From Polyangiales bacterium (GTDB lineage: Bacteria; Myxococcota_A; Polyangia; Polyangiales; JADJQN01), in contig CAXNJO010000003.1 in assembly GCA_964202905.1 (NCBI GenBank), forward strand, positions 608,001 to 672,000: 64,000 nt of DNA. The letters run 5' to 3'. Of the stretch, positions 11,460 through 21,202 are shown piece after piece. The notes under the pieces are model-generated. The model searched no databases, was not told the DNA's origin, and saw only the letters and a program-made list of their open reading frames with translations. Each line of letters begins with the position of its first letter. Positions within the stretch are counted from its first letter, which is position 1. A program made the translations under genes and the position numbers.

Positions 11460-11820
11460 CTCCACGCGTTGGGCGTAGACCGTGGTGTGGTCGTCAGCGT
11501 CGACATCCGTTCAATCGACCGCAGCGACGACGTCGGGCGTCGTACCGACGACGTGCCGGACCAAGGGAAGGATGAGTTCCTCGAGCCTCTCCCCCCGTCG
11601 CGCAGCAGCCGATCGAGCGACCGGATCCCGCTCTTGCCCTGAATCCTGCGCAACGCCGCCATGCTGCGACCCACCGCGGCGATCGACCCCTGGCTCGCGT
11701 TCAAGACGCCCGCCACGCCGCTCGCGAAAGAGCACACCCGCGCGAGGTGCCGGTCCGCGCCGAACACATCCTCGAGCAACTCGGTCATGTGCGCCATTCC
11801 GGTCTGCGTTCTCGGCGACA
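11460..11820 (-). mobile_element. Degenerate IS4-family transposase fragment (N-terminal part only)
   Basis: LLEDVFGADRHLARV..GVLNASQGSIAAVG..GKSGIRSLDRLL, frameshift at G-run 11591-11596, then LVRHVVG..VVAAVD*TDVDADDHTT with TGA replacing the W of the family DWT motif. Confidence 0.7.
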
Positions 11821-12117
11821 CACACCGGGGGCGGCCACCACGTCGCGACCATCGGAAAGCACGAGGCGCGCTCCATGCGCAGGCAACACGGGCCGTCGCA
11901 GACGGGATCCCCGAGACGCATCGACGATGCCCGGCCGCTCGCGGCACGTCCCTTCCGCCGTTCGCCGGGCACCGGTCGGCGGCCCCAACTCGAGGGCCCC
12001 TCAGCTTCATCCTGGGAGCCGCACTCGGCCTTCAACGCCCTGGAAAACACCCGAACTTCCACCCCCAGCGCTCGGCCTGCAAGACACGGATGCGCGCGAC
12101 GTGCTGTCCTCACCGCC

Positions 12118-14229
12118 TCACGGCGCCGCGGCCGCGGCGCGCAGCTCGGGGCGATCCGCATCCTTCGCGTAAAGCGGCGGTGAGCCGATCGGCGCCATCG
12201 CCTCGATCGTGCGGCCGCCCTCGACGCGCGTGCCCGTCCAGACGTCGAACCACGTGCCCGGCGGCAAGTAGACGCTGCGCGAGGTCGCTCCCTCTTCGAT
12301 CACCGGCGCGGCGAGCAGCGCGTCACCGAGCAGGAACTCGTCGTCGATCCCGCGGCTGCCCGGGTCGTCGGGGTAGACGAGACAGAGCGGCCGCATCATC
12401 GGCGCCGAGCTCGCCTCGGCCTCGGCGGCGAGCCGCGCGAAGTCGGGTTTGAGCGCCTCGTGGAGCAACGACATCCGGCGCGTGTGCGCGATCGTCTCGG
12501 CGTCCGAGTTCCAGTCCCAGTTGACCGTGCGCTGCAAACCCTCGTGCGTGCGGAAGATCGGCGTGAGCGCGCCGAGCTCGGCCCAGCGGAGCCACAGTTC
12601 CTTCGTGCTCGGCCCACCGCTGAAACCCGCGACGTCGTGCGTCACGTAGGGCAAACCGCTCACGCCGAGCGAGAGCAGCGCGGGCATCACGGTCGGCAGA
12701 CCGTCCGTCTCCTCGTAATCCGCTTCTTGATCGCCAATCCACACGATCTGCGCGACGCCGTGCTCGCGCGTCCAGCCCGAGCGCGTGAACACCGCCCAAT
12801 CGCCGTCCGGGCGCGCGCGGTCCATCACCGCACGCGAGGCGCGATGCCAATCGGTCGGATAGAGGTTGTGCACGAGCCGCGCGGGGCGGCCGTCCGCGAG
12901 CGTCGCGTCCATCGGGAGCCACTCGCCGAAGTCCGCCATCCAACCATCCATACCGAGATCCTCGACCATCGCGCCGAGGAAGCCCTCCACGTACGCGTAG
13001 GTTTCCGGCTTCGTGAAATCGGGCATCGAGCCGCGCAGCTCGAGGATCGGCATGTCGTACGTGGCCGAATCCGTCGGATCGCGGAGCAGCAATCCCGCGG
13101 ACTCCATCGGATCGAAATGATCCAGCCCGCGCGGGACGAAGGGATTCGCGTAGCCCAGAAACCGTACGTCGCGAGAATGCAATTCTGAGATCATCCCCGC
13201 GAGATCGGGATACCGCATCTCGTCCGCGACCCAGCGATAGAGCACGCCGAAGCGCTCCGGCGTGATCTCGCGCTGCCCCGTCCAGTCCTGCGCCCACAAC
13301 GCCGAGAACGGCACGCGCGCGTCGCGGAGCGCCTGCTCCTCGGCGAGCACCGCGTCGCGGCCGCCCTGCACGCCGATCCACAGCGAGAATGCCCACTCGG
13401 GCGGGCGCGCAGGGCGCCCCACCGCCGCGCCGAGCTGTTCGACGACCTCGAGCGGACGCGGCCCGTGAAACACGAGCATCTCGAGCGGCGCGTCGTCCTC
13501 GACTTCGACCGTCGCGCGCGCGGGGTCGGCCGCGCAGAGATCGACGAGCGTCCGCGCGGGGGTATCGACGAGCACGCCGAAGCCGCGCAGATCGAGCCAG
13601 TACGGCATCGGGAAATAGGTGCGATGGCGGTCGCGCGGGCTGATGCGGCCAATCCCCTGCTCCTCGATGAAGAGCGGGAACGCCTCGCCGCGGTGGTCGA
13701 GCTGGTCGTACTGCGCGCCGAAGCCGAGGAACGTCGCCTCCGCGTCGCACGCGAACGGCAGGCCGATGGCATCGAACGCTGCGCCGTCCGTGTGATTCAC
13801 CGCGAGCACGAGCCGTGTGCTGCGCTCCGCCTCGCCCACGCCGACGCGCAGCGTGGCGCGTGTCCCGTCGGTGCCCTCGAAGTCGAGCAGCACCTCGCCG
13901 CCCTCCTCGCGCGCCCCGACGTAGCGGCCCACGGCGAAGTCGCGGACGTCGCCGCGCGTGAAGCGCCACGTGCCGAGCAGGCTCGACGAGCCGGGCGAAA
14001 AACGCCGCGCGAAGGGCCCGCCGGGCGCGAGCGCGGCGAGGGCGCGGTCGCCGTCGAAGAGCCGCACACCGCCGCGCGGGTCGACTTCGACGCGCGTTCC
14101 GTCCGGAAGCGTGTGCATCGACGCGGGCGCGAGCGGCGGCGCGTCGTTGTCGCCACAGGCGCTCAGCGCGGAGACGGCGACCAGAGCGGCCATGATGGGC
14201 GAGGCGGCGAGGGTTCGCGAAAATCGCAT
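12118..14229 (-). CDS. Glycoside hydrolase family 31 lipoprotein, YihQ/sulfoquinovosidase-like
   Basis: LSAC lipobox; GVQGG, WAQDW, GWMADFGE (nucleophile), WIGDQ (acid/base), RTHEG. Confidence 0.9.
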   Translation of the reverse strand: MRFSRTLAASPIMAALVAVSALSACGDNDAPPLAPASMHTLPDGTRVEVDPRGGVRLFDGDRALAALAPGGPFARRFSPGSSSLLGTWRFTRGDVRDFAVGRYVGAREEGGEVLLDFEGTDGTRATLRVGVGEAERSTRLVLAVNHTDGAAFDAIGLPFACDAEATFLGFGAQYDQLDHRGEAFPLFIEEQGIGRISPRDRHRTYFPMPYWLDLRGFGVLVDTPARTLVDLCAADPARATVEVEDDAPLEMLVFHGPRPLEVVEQLGAAVGRPARPPEWAFSLWIGVQGGRDAVLAEEQALRDARVPFSALWAQDWTGQREITPERFGVLYRWVADEMRYPDLAGMISELHSRDVRFLGYANPFVPRGLDHFDPMESAGLLLRDPTDSATYDMPILELRGSMPDFTKPETYAYVEGFLGAMVEDLGMDGWMADFGEWLPMDATLADGRPARLVHNLYPTDWHRASRAVMDRARPDGDWAVFTRSGWTREHGVAQIVWIGDQEADYEETDGLPTVMPALLSLGVSGLPYVTHDVAGFSGGPSTKELWLRWAELGALTPIFRTHEGLQRTVNWDWNSDAETIAHTRRMSLLHEALKPDFARLAAEAEASSAPMMRPLCLVYPDDPGSRGIDDEFLLGDALLAAPVIEEGATSRSVYLPPGTWFDVWTGTRVEGGRTIEAMAPIGSPPLYAKDADRPELRAAAAAP

Positions 14230-14341
14230 GCGCCGATGGATAACACGCCGCGCGGCCCCCCCGATGCGGCAGCGCTGCATGCCACCGCGCACGCGATTCG
14301 CGCAGCGGGCCGCGCGCGCGGCTGTGTATGCTCGCGCCGCC

Positions 14342-15529
14342 GTGCGCGACGCCGACCCCCTCCCCCACCTCGATTACGCCGCCTTCGCCGCCGAGCTCGA
14401 CGCCCTCGGGCGCGCGCTGCGCGCCTCGCTCGGGCCCGCCGACTTCGCGCACCACCGCCGCCTCGCGCGCATCGGCCGCACGCTCGAGGCGCTCGGCTAC
14501 GCGACGGCGTGGCTCGCGCCCAACCCGCTCTCCGCGGGCCTGCTCGCGACGGGCAGCATGGCGCGCTGGGCGATCGTCGCGCACCACGTCTCGCACCGCG
14601 GACTCGACCGTATTCCCGGAGTCCCCGAGCGCTGGACGAGCCGGGGATTTGCGAGGGGCTGGCGGCGCTACGTGGATTGGCTCGACTGGATCTCTCCCGA
14701 AGCGTGGGATGTCGAACACAACAAGCTGCATCACTACCACACGGGTGAGCGCCTCGACCCGGACCTCGTCGAGGAGAACATGGCCGGCGTGCGCGACGCG
14801 GACTGGCCGCGCAGCGCCAAGCTCGCCCTCGCCGCGCTCATCGCCTCGTCCTGGAAGCTCTCGTACTACGCGCCGAGCACGTTCCAGGTGCTCCGCCGCG
14901 GCGAGCGGCTCCGCGCCGCGGGCCAGCCCATCGACGCCGACGCGATGCGCTCGGACGAGCCCTACGCGGCGGCCTTCGATCCGCGCACCGAGGAGGGCCG
15001 CCGCTTCTGGCGCACGTGCGTGCTCCCCTACGGGATCGCGCGCTTCGTCGTCGGGCCCGCGCTCTTCGCGCCGCTCGGCCCGCTCGCGTCGCTGCACGTG
15101 TTGCTCAACTCGCTCGGCGCCGAGGTGCTCACGAACCTCTACACCTTCGCGATCATCGTGCCGAACCACACCGGCGAGGATCTCTACCGCTTCGAGGGTC
15201 CCAACTCCGATCGCCCCGAGTTCTACGTGCGGCAGATCCTCGCCTCGACGAACTTCACGAGCGGCGGCCCGGTGCGGGACTTCCTGCACGGCTATCTCAA
15301 CTACCAGATCGAGCACCACCTCTGGCCCGATCTGCCGCCCGCCGCCTACGCGCGCGCCGCCCCGAGGGTGCGTGAGATCTGCGCGCGCCACGGCGTCCCG
15401 TACGTGGAGGAGAGCGTCTGGGAGCGCACCCGCAAGGCCCTCGCGGTGATGGTCGGCGACGCGAGCCTGCGCCGCGGTCGCCCCCGCACGCGCCGCGAGC
15501 GGGAGGCCGAGCCACTCGCCGCCGAGTGA
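14342..15529 (+). CDS. Membrane fatty acid desaturase
   Basis: His boxes HHVSH, HNKLHH, QIEHH; GTG start 9 nt after TATGCT. Confidence 0.9.
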   Translation: MRDADPLPHLDYAAFAAELDALGRALRASLGPADFAHHRRLARIGRTLEALGYATAWLAPNPLSAGLLATGSMARWAIVAHHVSHRGLDRIPGVPERWTSRGFARGWRRYVDWLDWISPEAWDVEHNKLHHYHTGERLDPDLVEENMAGVRDADWPRSAKLALAALIASSWKLSYYAPSTFQVLRRGERLRAAGQPIDADAMRSDEPYAAAFDPRTEEGRRFWRTCVLPYGIARFVVGPALFAPLGPLASLHVLLNSLGAEVLTNLYTFAIIVPNHTGEDLYRFEGPNSDRPEFYVRQILASTNFTSGGPVRDFLHGYLNYQIEHHLWPDLPPAAYARAAPRVREICARHGVPYVEESVWERTRKALAVMVGDASLRRGRPRTRREREAEPLAAE

Positions 15530-15567
15530 GGCGTCGCGAGGGTGCGGTGCGCGCCACCCCCAGCGAA

Positions 15568-15669
15568 GAATCCGAATCTCCAATGCCGAGAATGCGATTC
15601 ACCTTCAACCGTGAATACGATTCCTCGCCCGCCTTGAATCCAATTCTTGACCTAGTGAGAATCTGATTC
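15568..15669. repeat. Phased array of five GAAT-N3-ATTC palindromes (period 22-23 bp)
   Basis: Copies start at 15568 (1 mismatch), 15590, 15613, 15636, 15659, with unique 11-12 bp spacers; AT-rich island between convergent gene ends. Confidence 0.9.
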
Positions 15670-15700
15670 TCGGTGGGGTGCGCAGGGGACTCGACCGGGT

Positions 15701-17487
15701 TCAGCGCGCGGCAGCGGGCGCGTGGCGCGCGTCGCCCGGTGCGACCACGAGGAGCCGGTAGTCGCCGACCGGCATCGCGGGCGGCACGCCGAAATTGCCG
15801 CGAAAATCGCCGCTTTCGCGGCTGACGGTGACGCCGAGCAGGAGCGCCCGGTCACCGCGCGCCGTGCGGAGCGAGACCTCGACGCGCTGCCCCGCGACGC
15901 CGACGCCCGCCATGTCCGTGACGCGCCCCGTGACGAGCAGCTCGCGGCCGCGGAACACCTCGCGGTAGAAGGACTGCACCTCGAGCGAGAGCGCGACACG
16001 CTGCGGCGGGCCCGGCGTCCACGCGGCCTCGGACGTGCTTTCCGCAGCGGCCGTGTCGGTGCGCGGTTCCGCGCCCGCGGCGCTCGGCGTGGGTGGCGCG
16101 ACCTGCGCGCCCTCCGTCGGCGCGGCGGACGGGGACGCCTCGGTCGGAGCCGCCGTGCCCCGCTCGTCCCGCCGCTCGCGAGCGCGCTGCCCGCCCCCGG
16201 GAGCGTGAGCGGGTCGTCGGCGCGCAGGCCGGGAGCGCTCCGCTGCTGCGAGTAGCTGCGCTCGAAGGCCTCGGGGCGCGGCAGCAGATCCGGCGTCTGT
16301 GGGCGGTAGACGGGCGCGTCGCGCGCGCCGTGCGCCTCGAGCCCGTCGGCCGCGCCGCCGAGGTCGATGCGCAGCCAGCCGGCGGCGTCGGGCTGCTTCA
16401 CCTCGACCCAGGCGTGCGCCTCGTTCTGCACGAAGCGCGCGGGGATCCCGAGCGCGTGCGCCACGATCACGAAGGCATACGCGCGGTGACGACACACGCC
16501 CTTCATGCCCCGCGCGAGGTCGAGGAAGATGTCCCCGCTGTCCGCGGGTGGCGTGGCCGACTCCTCGAACGCGCGGAAGTGCGCGACGAGCCCACCGACC
16601 GCCTCGGCGAAGGGCATGCCGCGGCGCAGGCCGTGCTCGGCGGCGAAGAGCACCGCGCGCCGCTGCACGCCCGCCGGCAGCGGGAAGACCTCGGCCGCGC
16701 GCGCGTCGACGGGCTGGCGCGAGAGCGGCATCGAGAAGTAGCCGCGCGGCGCGTCCATGAGGAAGGTGAGCCGCACCTCGCCGCGGATCGGCGCCGCGGC
16801 GACGACGTAGAAGTTGTCCGCCGAGTCGCGCTCGACGCGCAGCAGCGCCTCGGGCTCGCTGCGCAGCGTGAGCACGCGCGAGTCGGGCGCGACGCTCGGC
16901 AGCGGCAGCGTCGTGCCGCCGTCGAACTCGAGCACCACGGTGCCCCAGAACTTGTCGCGCGGGCGCGCGTCGGGCGCGGGCGCGCTCGCTCCCTCGACGG
17001 GCACCGCGACGCGCGGCTGCGGGCGCGCGATACCGAGCACGGGCGTCACACCATCTTGGGAGAGGGTGACGACGTCGAGCGCCGTCACGCGCTTATAGGG
17101 CGCGATCGCGGGCGAGAAGACCTCGAAGTAGTGCAGCGTGCTCTCGAGGTCCGTGATCCGATCGGGGCGGAAGCTCGAGGAGCGGCGCCCGGGTTGCTCC
17201 TCCCTCGCGCCGTCGCCCGGCTGCGCACGCATCGGCCGCTCGTCCGCGGAGAGCGCGCCCGCCTCGGGGGGCGGGACGACCTCGCCCCTGACCACGATCG
17301 CCGCGGGTTCGGCGCCCTCCTGCGCGACGAGCAGCGTCCCCTCGTCCTCGCTCGGGCTCGGCACGAACTCGTGCAGGACGCGGTCGTCGGCCCGCACGAG
17401 CAGCACGGCCGCGAGCCCGCCGAGCAGCGCGGCGCCCCCTGCGAGGACACGGCGCGGCGCGGCTCCGTTCGGCGGACGGCGTGACAC
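15701..17487 (-). CDS. Transglutaminase-like domain protein with C-terminal beta-rich domain; frameshift near 16160
   Basis: GVCRHRA / NEAHAWVEV / WLRIDLGG catalytic C-H-D motifs; reading resumes in the 15701..16495 frame at a G homopolymer. Confidence 0.8.
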
Positions 17488-17609
17488 CCGGCCGAGCGTA
17501 GCAGCGCGGGCGCGCCGCGCGCCGCCGGGCGCAACCCCGCGCGATGCCCCGCCGCATGCGCCCGCCGCGCTCCGGTGTCATCCTCGGCGGCGGAGCCCCG
17601 ACGCTACGC

Positions 17610-18653
17610 ATGTCGCAGATCCCCTACTACCTCGCGGGCGTGCTCGGCCTCTCGCTGCTCGTGATCATCCACGAGTGCGGCCACTACTTCGTCGCGCGCG
17701 CGTTCGGCATGCGCGTGCTGCGCTTCAGCATCGGGCTCGGCCCGGCCATCGTGCGTTACACGCCGAAGGGCAGCCCCACCACGTTCCAGCTCTGTGCGAT
17801 TCCGCTGCTCGCCTACGTGCAGATCGCGGGCATGAACCCCGCCGAGGACGTCGATCGCGAGGACCCGGAGCTCTTCCCGAACAAGAGCGTCTTCGCGCGG
17901 ATCGCAACCATCGCAGCAGGCTCGCTCGCCAACTATCTCTCGGCGTCGGTGCTCTTCTTCGGGCTCGCGCTGGTCGGCCTGCCCGAGGCGGGGCCGCCCG
18001 TCTCGCCGATGCGCGTCGAAGAGGTCGCGCCCGACTCCGCCGCCAAGGCCGCGGGCATCCGCGCGGGCGACCTCGTGCGCGAGGCCGATGGCCAGCCCGT
18101 GCGCGACGTCCGCGACGTGCAGCGCATCACCAAGCAGCGAGGCGCGCGGCCCACCGCCTTCGTGATCGAGCACGACGGGCGCCGCCGCACGCTGACCCTC
18201 ACGCCGAAACTCGACGCAGGCGGCACGCCACGCATCGGCGTCGTCTCCGCGGTGTCGGTGTCCTACGTGTCCAAGCCCGTCGGCGAGGCGCTGAAGCTCG
18301 CGGCGCTCTATCCCTTCCTGTTCTCGGCCGCGCAGGCGCGGGGCATCTACGACATGATCCGCCGGCTCTCGGGCGATGGCCTCATCAGCCCGCGCGGCAT
18401 GACGGAAGAAGCCGCCAAGGCCGCGAAGCGCGGGCCGAGCTCCTTCGTGCTGCTGCTCATCCACCTCTCGATCGCCATCGGCTTCTCGAACCTGTTGCCC
18501 TTCCCCGCGCTCGACGGCGGTCGCCTCGTCTTCCTCGCGTACGAGCTGGTGACACGGCGCCGCCCCAACGAGCGCTTCGAGGCGGTCGTGCACCTCGTCG
18601 GCATGGTCTTTCTGCTCACGGTCGTCGTCGCCGTGATGATCAGCGGGCGCTGA
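17610..18653 (+). CDS. rseP: RIP metalloprotease RseP (M50) with PDZ domain
   Basis: HECGH, FSIGxG, PDZ (SAAKAAGIRAGD), NLLPFPALDGG. Confidence 0.9.
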   Translation: MSQIPYYLAGVLGLSLLVIIHECGHYFVARAFGMRVLRFSIGLGPAIVRYTPKGSPTTFQLCAIPLLAYVQIAGMNPAEDVDREDPELFPNKSVFARIATIAAGSLANYLSASVLFFGLALVGLPEAGPPVSPMRVEEVAPDSAAKAAGIRAGDLVREADGQPVRDVRDVQRITKQRGARPTAFVIEHDGRRRTLTLTPKLDAGGTPRIGVVSAVSVSYVSKPVGEALKLAALYPFLFSAAQARGIYDMIRRLSGDGLISPRGMTEEAAKAAKRGPSSFVLLLIHLSIAIGFSNLLPFPALDGGRLVFLAYELVTRRRPNERFEAVVHLVGMVFLLTVVVAVMISGR

Positions 18654-18672
18654 GCCCGGCCACGCCCGCACG

Positions 18673-19548
18673 ATGACCGCGCCGCGCTTCTCCGAGTCGT
18701 TCGTCACCGCCAACGGCCTCTCGCACCACACCCTCACCTGGGATGGTCGTGCCCCCGGCGACACGCGCCCCACCGTCCTGCTGCTGCACGGCTGGCTCGA
18801 CCTCGCGTGGAGCTTCGCGTCGCTCGGCGAGGCCCTCGCCGCAGCCGGGCGGCGCGCGGTCGCGCTCGATCTGCGTGGACACGGCGAGACGCAGTGGACG
18901 CCGCCGGGCAGCTATTACCACTTCCCCGACTACGTCCTCGACGTCGACTCGCTCGCGCCGCTGCTCGCGCCCGCCGAGGCGCAGCTCGACCTCTTCGCGC
19001 ACAGCATGGGCGGCACGGTCGCGATGCTCTACGCGGGGGCGCGCCCCGACCGCGTGCGGCGCCTCGTGCTCGCCGAGGGGCTCGGCCCGCCGGACATGTC
19101 GCCCGAGATCCTCGTCGATCGCACGGTGTCCTTCCTCGATGGCGTCGCGCGCACGCGGCAGACGCCGCAGCGCCCGATCGCCTCGCTCGCCGAAGCGCTG
19201 ACGCGGATGCGCGTGCAGAACCCGGAGTTGCCCGACTCGCTCGGCCTCTTCCTCGCGGAGAAGAGCACCGTCGTCACGCCAGCGGGCCGCATGTGGCGCT
19301 TCGATCCGCTGCACCGCACGCGCTCGCCGTCGGTGTTCCGGGTCGATCAGCTGCGCCCCTTCCTGGCGCATATCACCGCGCCGGTGCTCGCCATCGCCGG
19401 CGAGCGCGGCTTCCGCCTCGCGGACGAAGCCGCGCGCCTCGCGTTGCTCCGCGACGCACGCCTCGTCGAGATCGCAGGCGCGGGCCACATGATGCACTGG
19501 ACGCACCCCGCGGAGTTGGCGTCCGCCGTCGTCGACTTCCTCGCGTAG
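18673..19548 (+). CDS. Alpha/beta hydrolase
   Basis: LLHGWLD, DLRGHG, HSMGG, AGHMMH. Confidence 0.9.
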   Translation: MTAPRFSESFVTANGLSHHTLTWDGRAPGDTRPTVLLLHGWLDLAWSFASLGEALAAAGRRAVALDLRGHGETQWTPPGSYYHFPDYVLDVDSLAPLLAPAEAQLDLFAHSMGGTVAMLYAGARPDRVRRLVLAEGLGPPDMSPEILVDRTVSFLDGVARTRQTPQRPIASLAEALTRMRVQNPELPDSLGLFLAEKSTVVTPAGRMWRFDPLHRTRSPSVFRVDQLRPFLAHITAPVLAIAGERGFRLADEAARLALLRDARLVEIAGAGHMMHWTHPAELASAVVDFLA

Positions 19549-19561
19549 ACCGCGCAGCGAC

Positions 19562-19783
19562 GTGCGGTCGCAGGCCCGGGTCGCACGGAGGACACGCCTG
19601 CAAGAGGTGCTCGACCAGTTCGGTCCGGCACTTCAGCGACTCGCGCGCAGCTACGAGGAACACCCACCGCTCCGGGCCGACCTCGTCCAGGAGATCTACG
19701 TCGCGCCGGCCGCCACGCACGTCACGACGAAACTGTCGCGCATCCGCGCGGCGCTCACACGCCGCATGGGAGGTAACTCGTGA
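19562..19783 (+). pseudogene. ECF sigma factor with large in-frame internal deletion
   Basis: Region-2 start (FGPALQRLARSYE..RADLVQEIYVA) fused directly to region-4 end (THVTTKLSRIRAAL); only about 70 aa. Confidence 0.65.
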
Positions 19784-20343
19784 ACGAAGAGCAGGACCTG
19801 CGGGATCTCTGGCAGTCGCAGGACGTGCCGAGAGCAGAGATCGACGTGCACGCCTTGTCCGCGAGGGCTGGCCAATTCCAGACGTCCATTCGAACGCGGA
19901 ACTTCGTCGAAGTCCTCGCAGCGCTGCTCGTCGCGCCGGTCTTCATCCGGACGGCCCTCGGTACGGCACCGCTGATGGCGCGAATCGGCGCGGCGCTGCT
20001 CGTCGCGGCGGTCGGGGTGATCGTCACGCACATCCACCGGCACGGTCGAAGCGCCGCCGAGAAGCCGCCGCTCGACGGGCCGACGCAGCGTCTCGTGGAT
20101 TGGCATCGCGCGGAGCTCGAACGGCAGCGACGGCGCGTGCGCGCCGTCCCCCGATGGTACGTCGGGCCGATGGTCCCCGGGATGCTGCTGTTCGTGGGCG
20201 GTTTCGCGGGCGAGCACCCCCATCCGTGGCTCTTCGTCGCCTTCGTGTACGGCGTCTGCGCAGGCGTCCTGCTCGCCGTGCTCTGGGCGAATCGGGTCAC
20301 CGCGCGGCACCTCGAACGTCAACTCGCCGAACTCGACGGCTGA
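19780..20343 (+). CDS. Membrane protein, probable anti-sigma partner of the ECF remnant
   Basis: GTGA overlap with upstream ORF; N-terminal DLRDLWQSQ, four hydrophobic segments, WYVGP motif. Confidence 0.65.
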   Translation: MNEEQDLRDLWQSQDVPRAEIDVHALSARAGQFQTSIRTRNFVEVLAALLVAPVFIRTALGTAPLMARIGAALLVAAVGVIVTHIHRHGRSAAEKPPLDGPTQRLVDWHRAELERQRRRVRAVPRWYVGPMVPGMLLFVGGFAGEHPHPWLFVAFVYGVCAGVLLAVLWANRVTARHLERQLAELDG

Positions 20344-20419
20344 GCCCGCACGGCCCTCGCAGAAAGTCGCGTGCGCCGGCGTTGCGACGTCGGCCCGCAG
20401 TTCGGCCAAACTCGCCGCG

Positions 20420-21115
20420 ATGCCTGTTCATCGCGAGTTCCATCGGGCCCATCTCGGCGGCTGGCTGCGCGCGGCCGTGCTCGGCGCGAACGACGGGATC
20501 GTCTCGATCGCGAGCCTCGTGCTCGGCGTCGCAGCCGCGGAGAGCGAGAGCGGCTTCGCGCTCACCGCGGGCGTGGCGGGTCTGGTCGGCGGCGCCCTGT
20601 CGATGGCGGCCGGCGAGTACGTCTCGGTGAGCTCACAGCGCGACGTCGAGCTCGCCGATCTCGCGAAGGAGACGCGCGAGCTGGCCGAGACGCCGGAGCT
20701 CGAGCGCAAGGAACTGATCGGCATCTATGTGAAGAAGGGGCTCCCGGTCGAGCTCGCGATCCGCGTGGCCGACGCGATGCTGGCCTCCGAGGATCCCCTC
20801 CGCGTCCACGCTCGCGAGGAGTTGCGGCTCGACCCCGACGACCTCGCGCGACCGCTGCAGGCCGCGATCGTCTCGGCGATCTCCTTCGCCCTCGGCGCCG
20901 CGCTCCCGCTCGCGGTGATCACCCTCTCGCCCGCGAGCGTCCGGGGCCCGCTCACGCTCGTCGCGGCCCTCTGCACGCTGACGGCCCTCGGCGCCTGGAG
21001 CGCACGCCTCGGCAGCGCACCGGTGCTGCGCGCCGCGCTCCGCGTCGTCGTCGGTGGCGGGGCCGCGATGGGCCTCACCTACGCGCTCGGCGCGTGGCTC
21101 GGCGCCGCGATCTGA
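20420..21115 (+). CDS. VIT1/CCC1 family iron/manganese transporter
   Basis: WLRAAVLGANDGIVS, SMAAGEYVSVSSQRD, HAREEL. Confidence 0.93.
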   Translation: MPVHREFHRAHLGGWLRAAVLGANDGIVSIASLVLGVAAAESESGFALTAGVAGLVGGALSMAAGEYVSVSSQRDVELADLAKETRELAETPELERKELIGIYVKKGLPVELAIRVADAMLASEDPLRVHAREELRLDPDDLARPLQAAIVSAISFALGAALPLAVITLSPASVRGPLTLVAALCTLTALGAWSARLGSAPVLRAALRVVVGGGAAMGLTYALGAWLGAAI

Positions 21116-21202
21116 GCCTCGGCGCGCTCGCGACGCCGCGGCGACGGGAAGGCGCGGTCTTGCGCCGTGTCTGTTAGCATCCAGCGCGAAAGGTGTTTCG
21201 CC

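Noticed and set aside
15568..15669. CRISPR array or Fur-box cluster
   Set aside because: Repeats (11 bp) and spacers (11-12 bp) are far too short for CRISPR and no cas genes are present. Fur boxes have AAT-N1-ATT, not N3, and there is no adjacent gene start.
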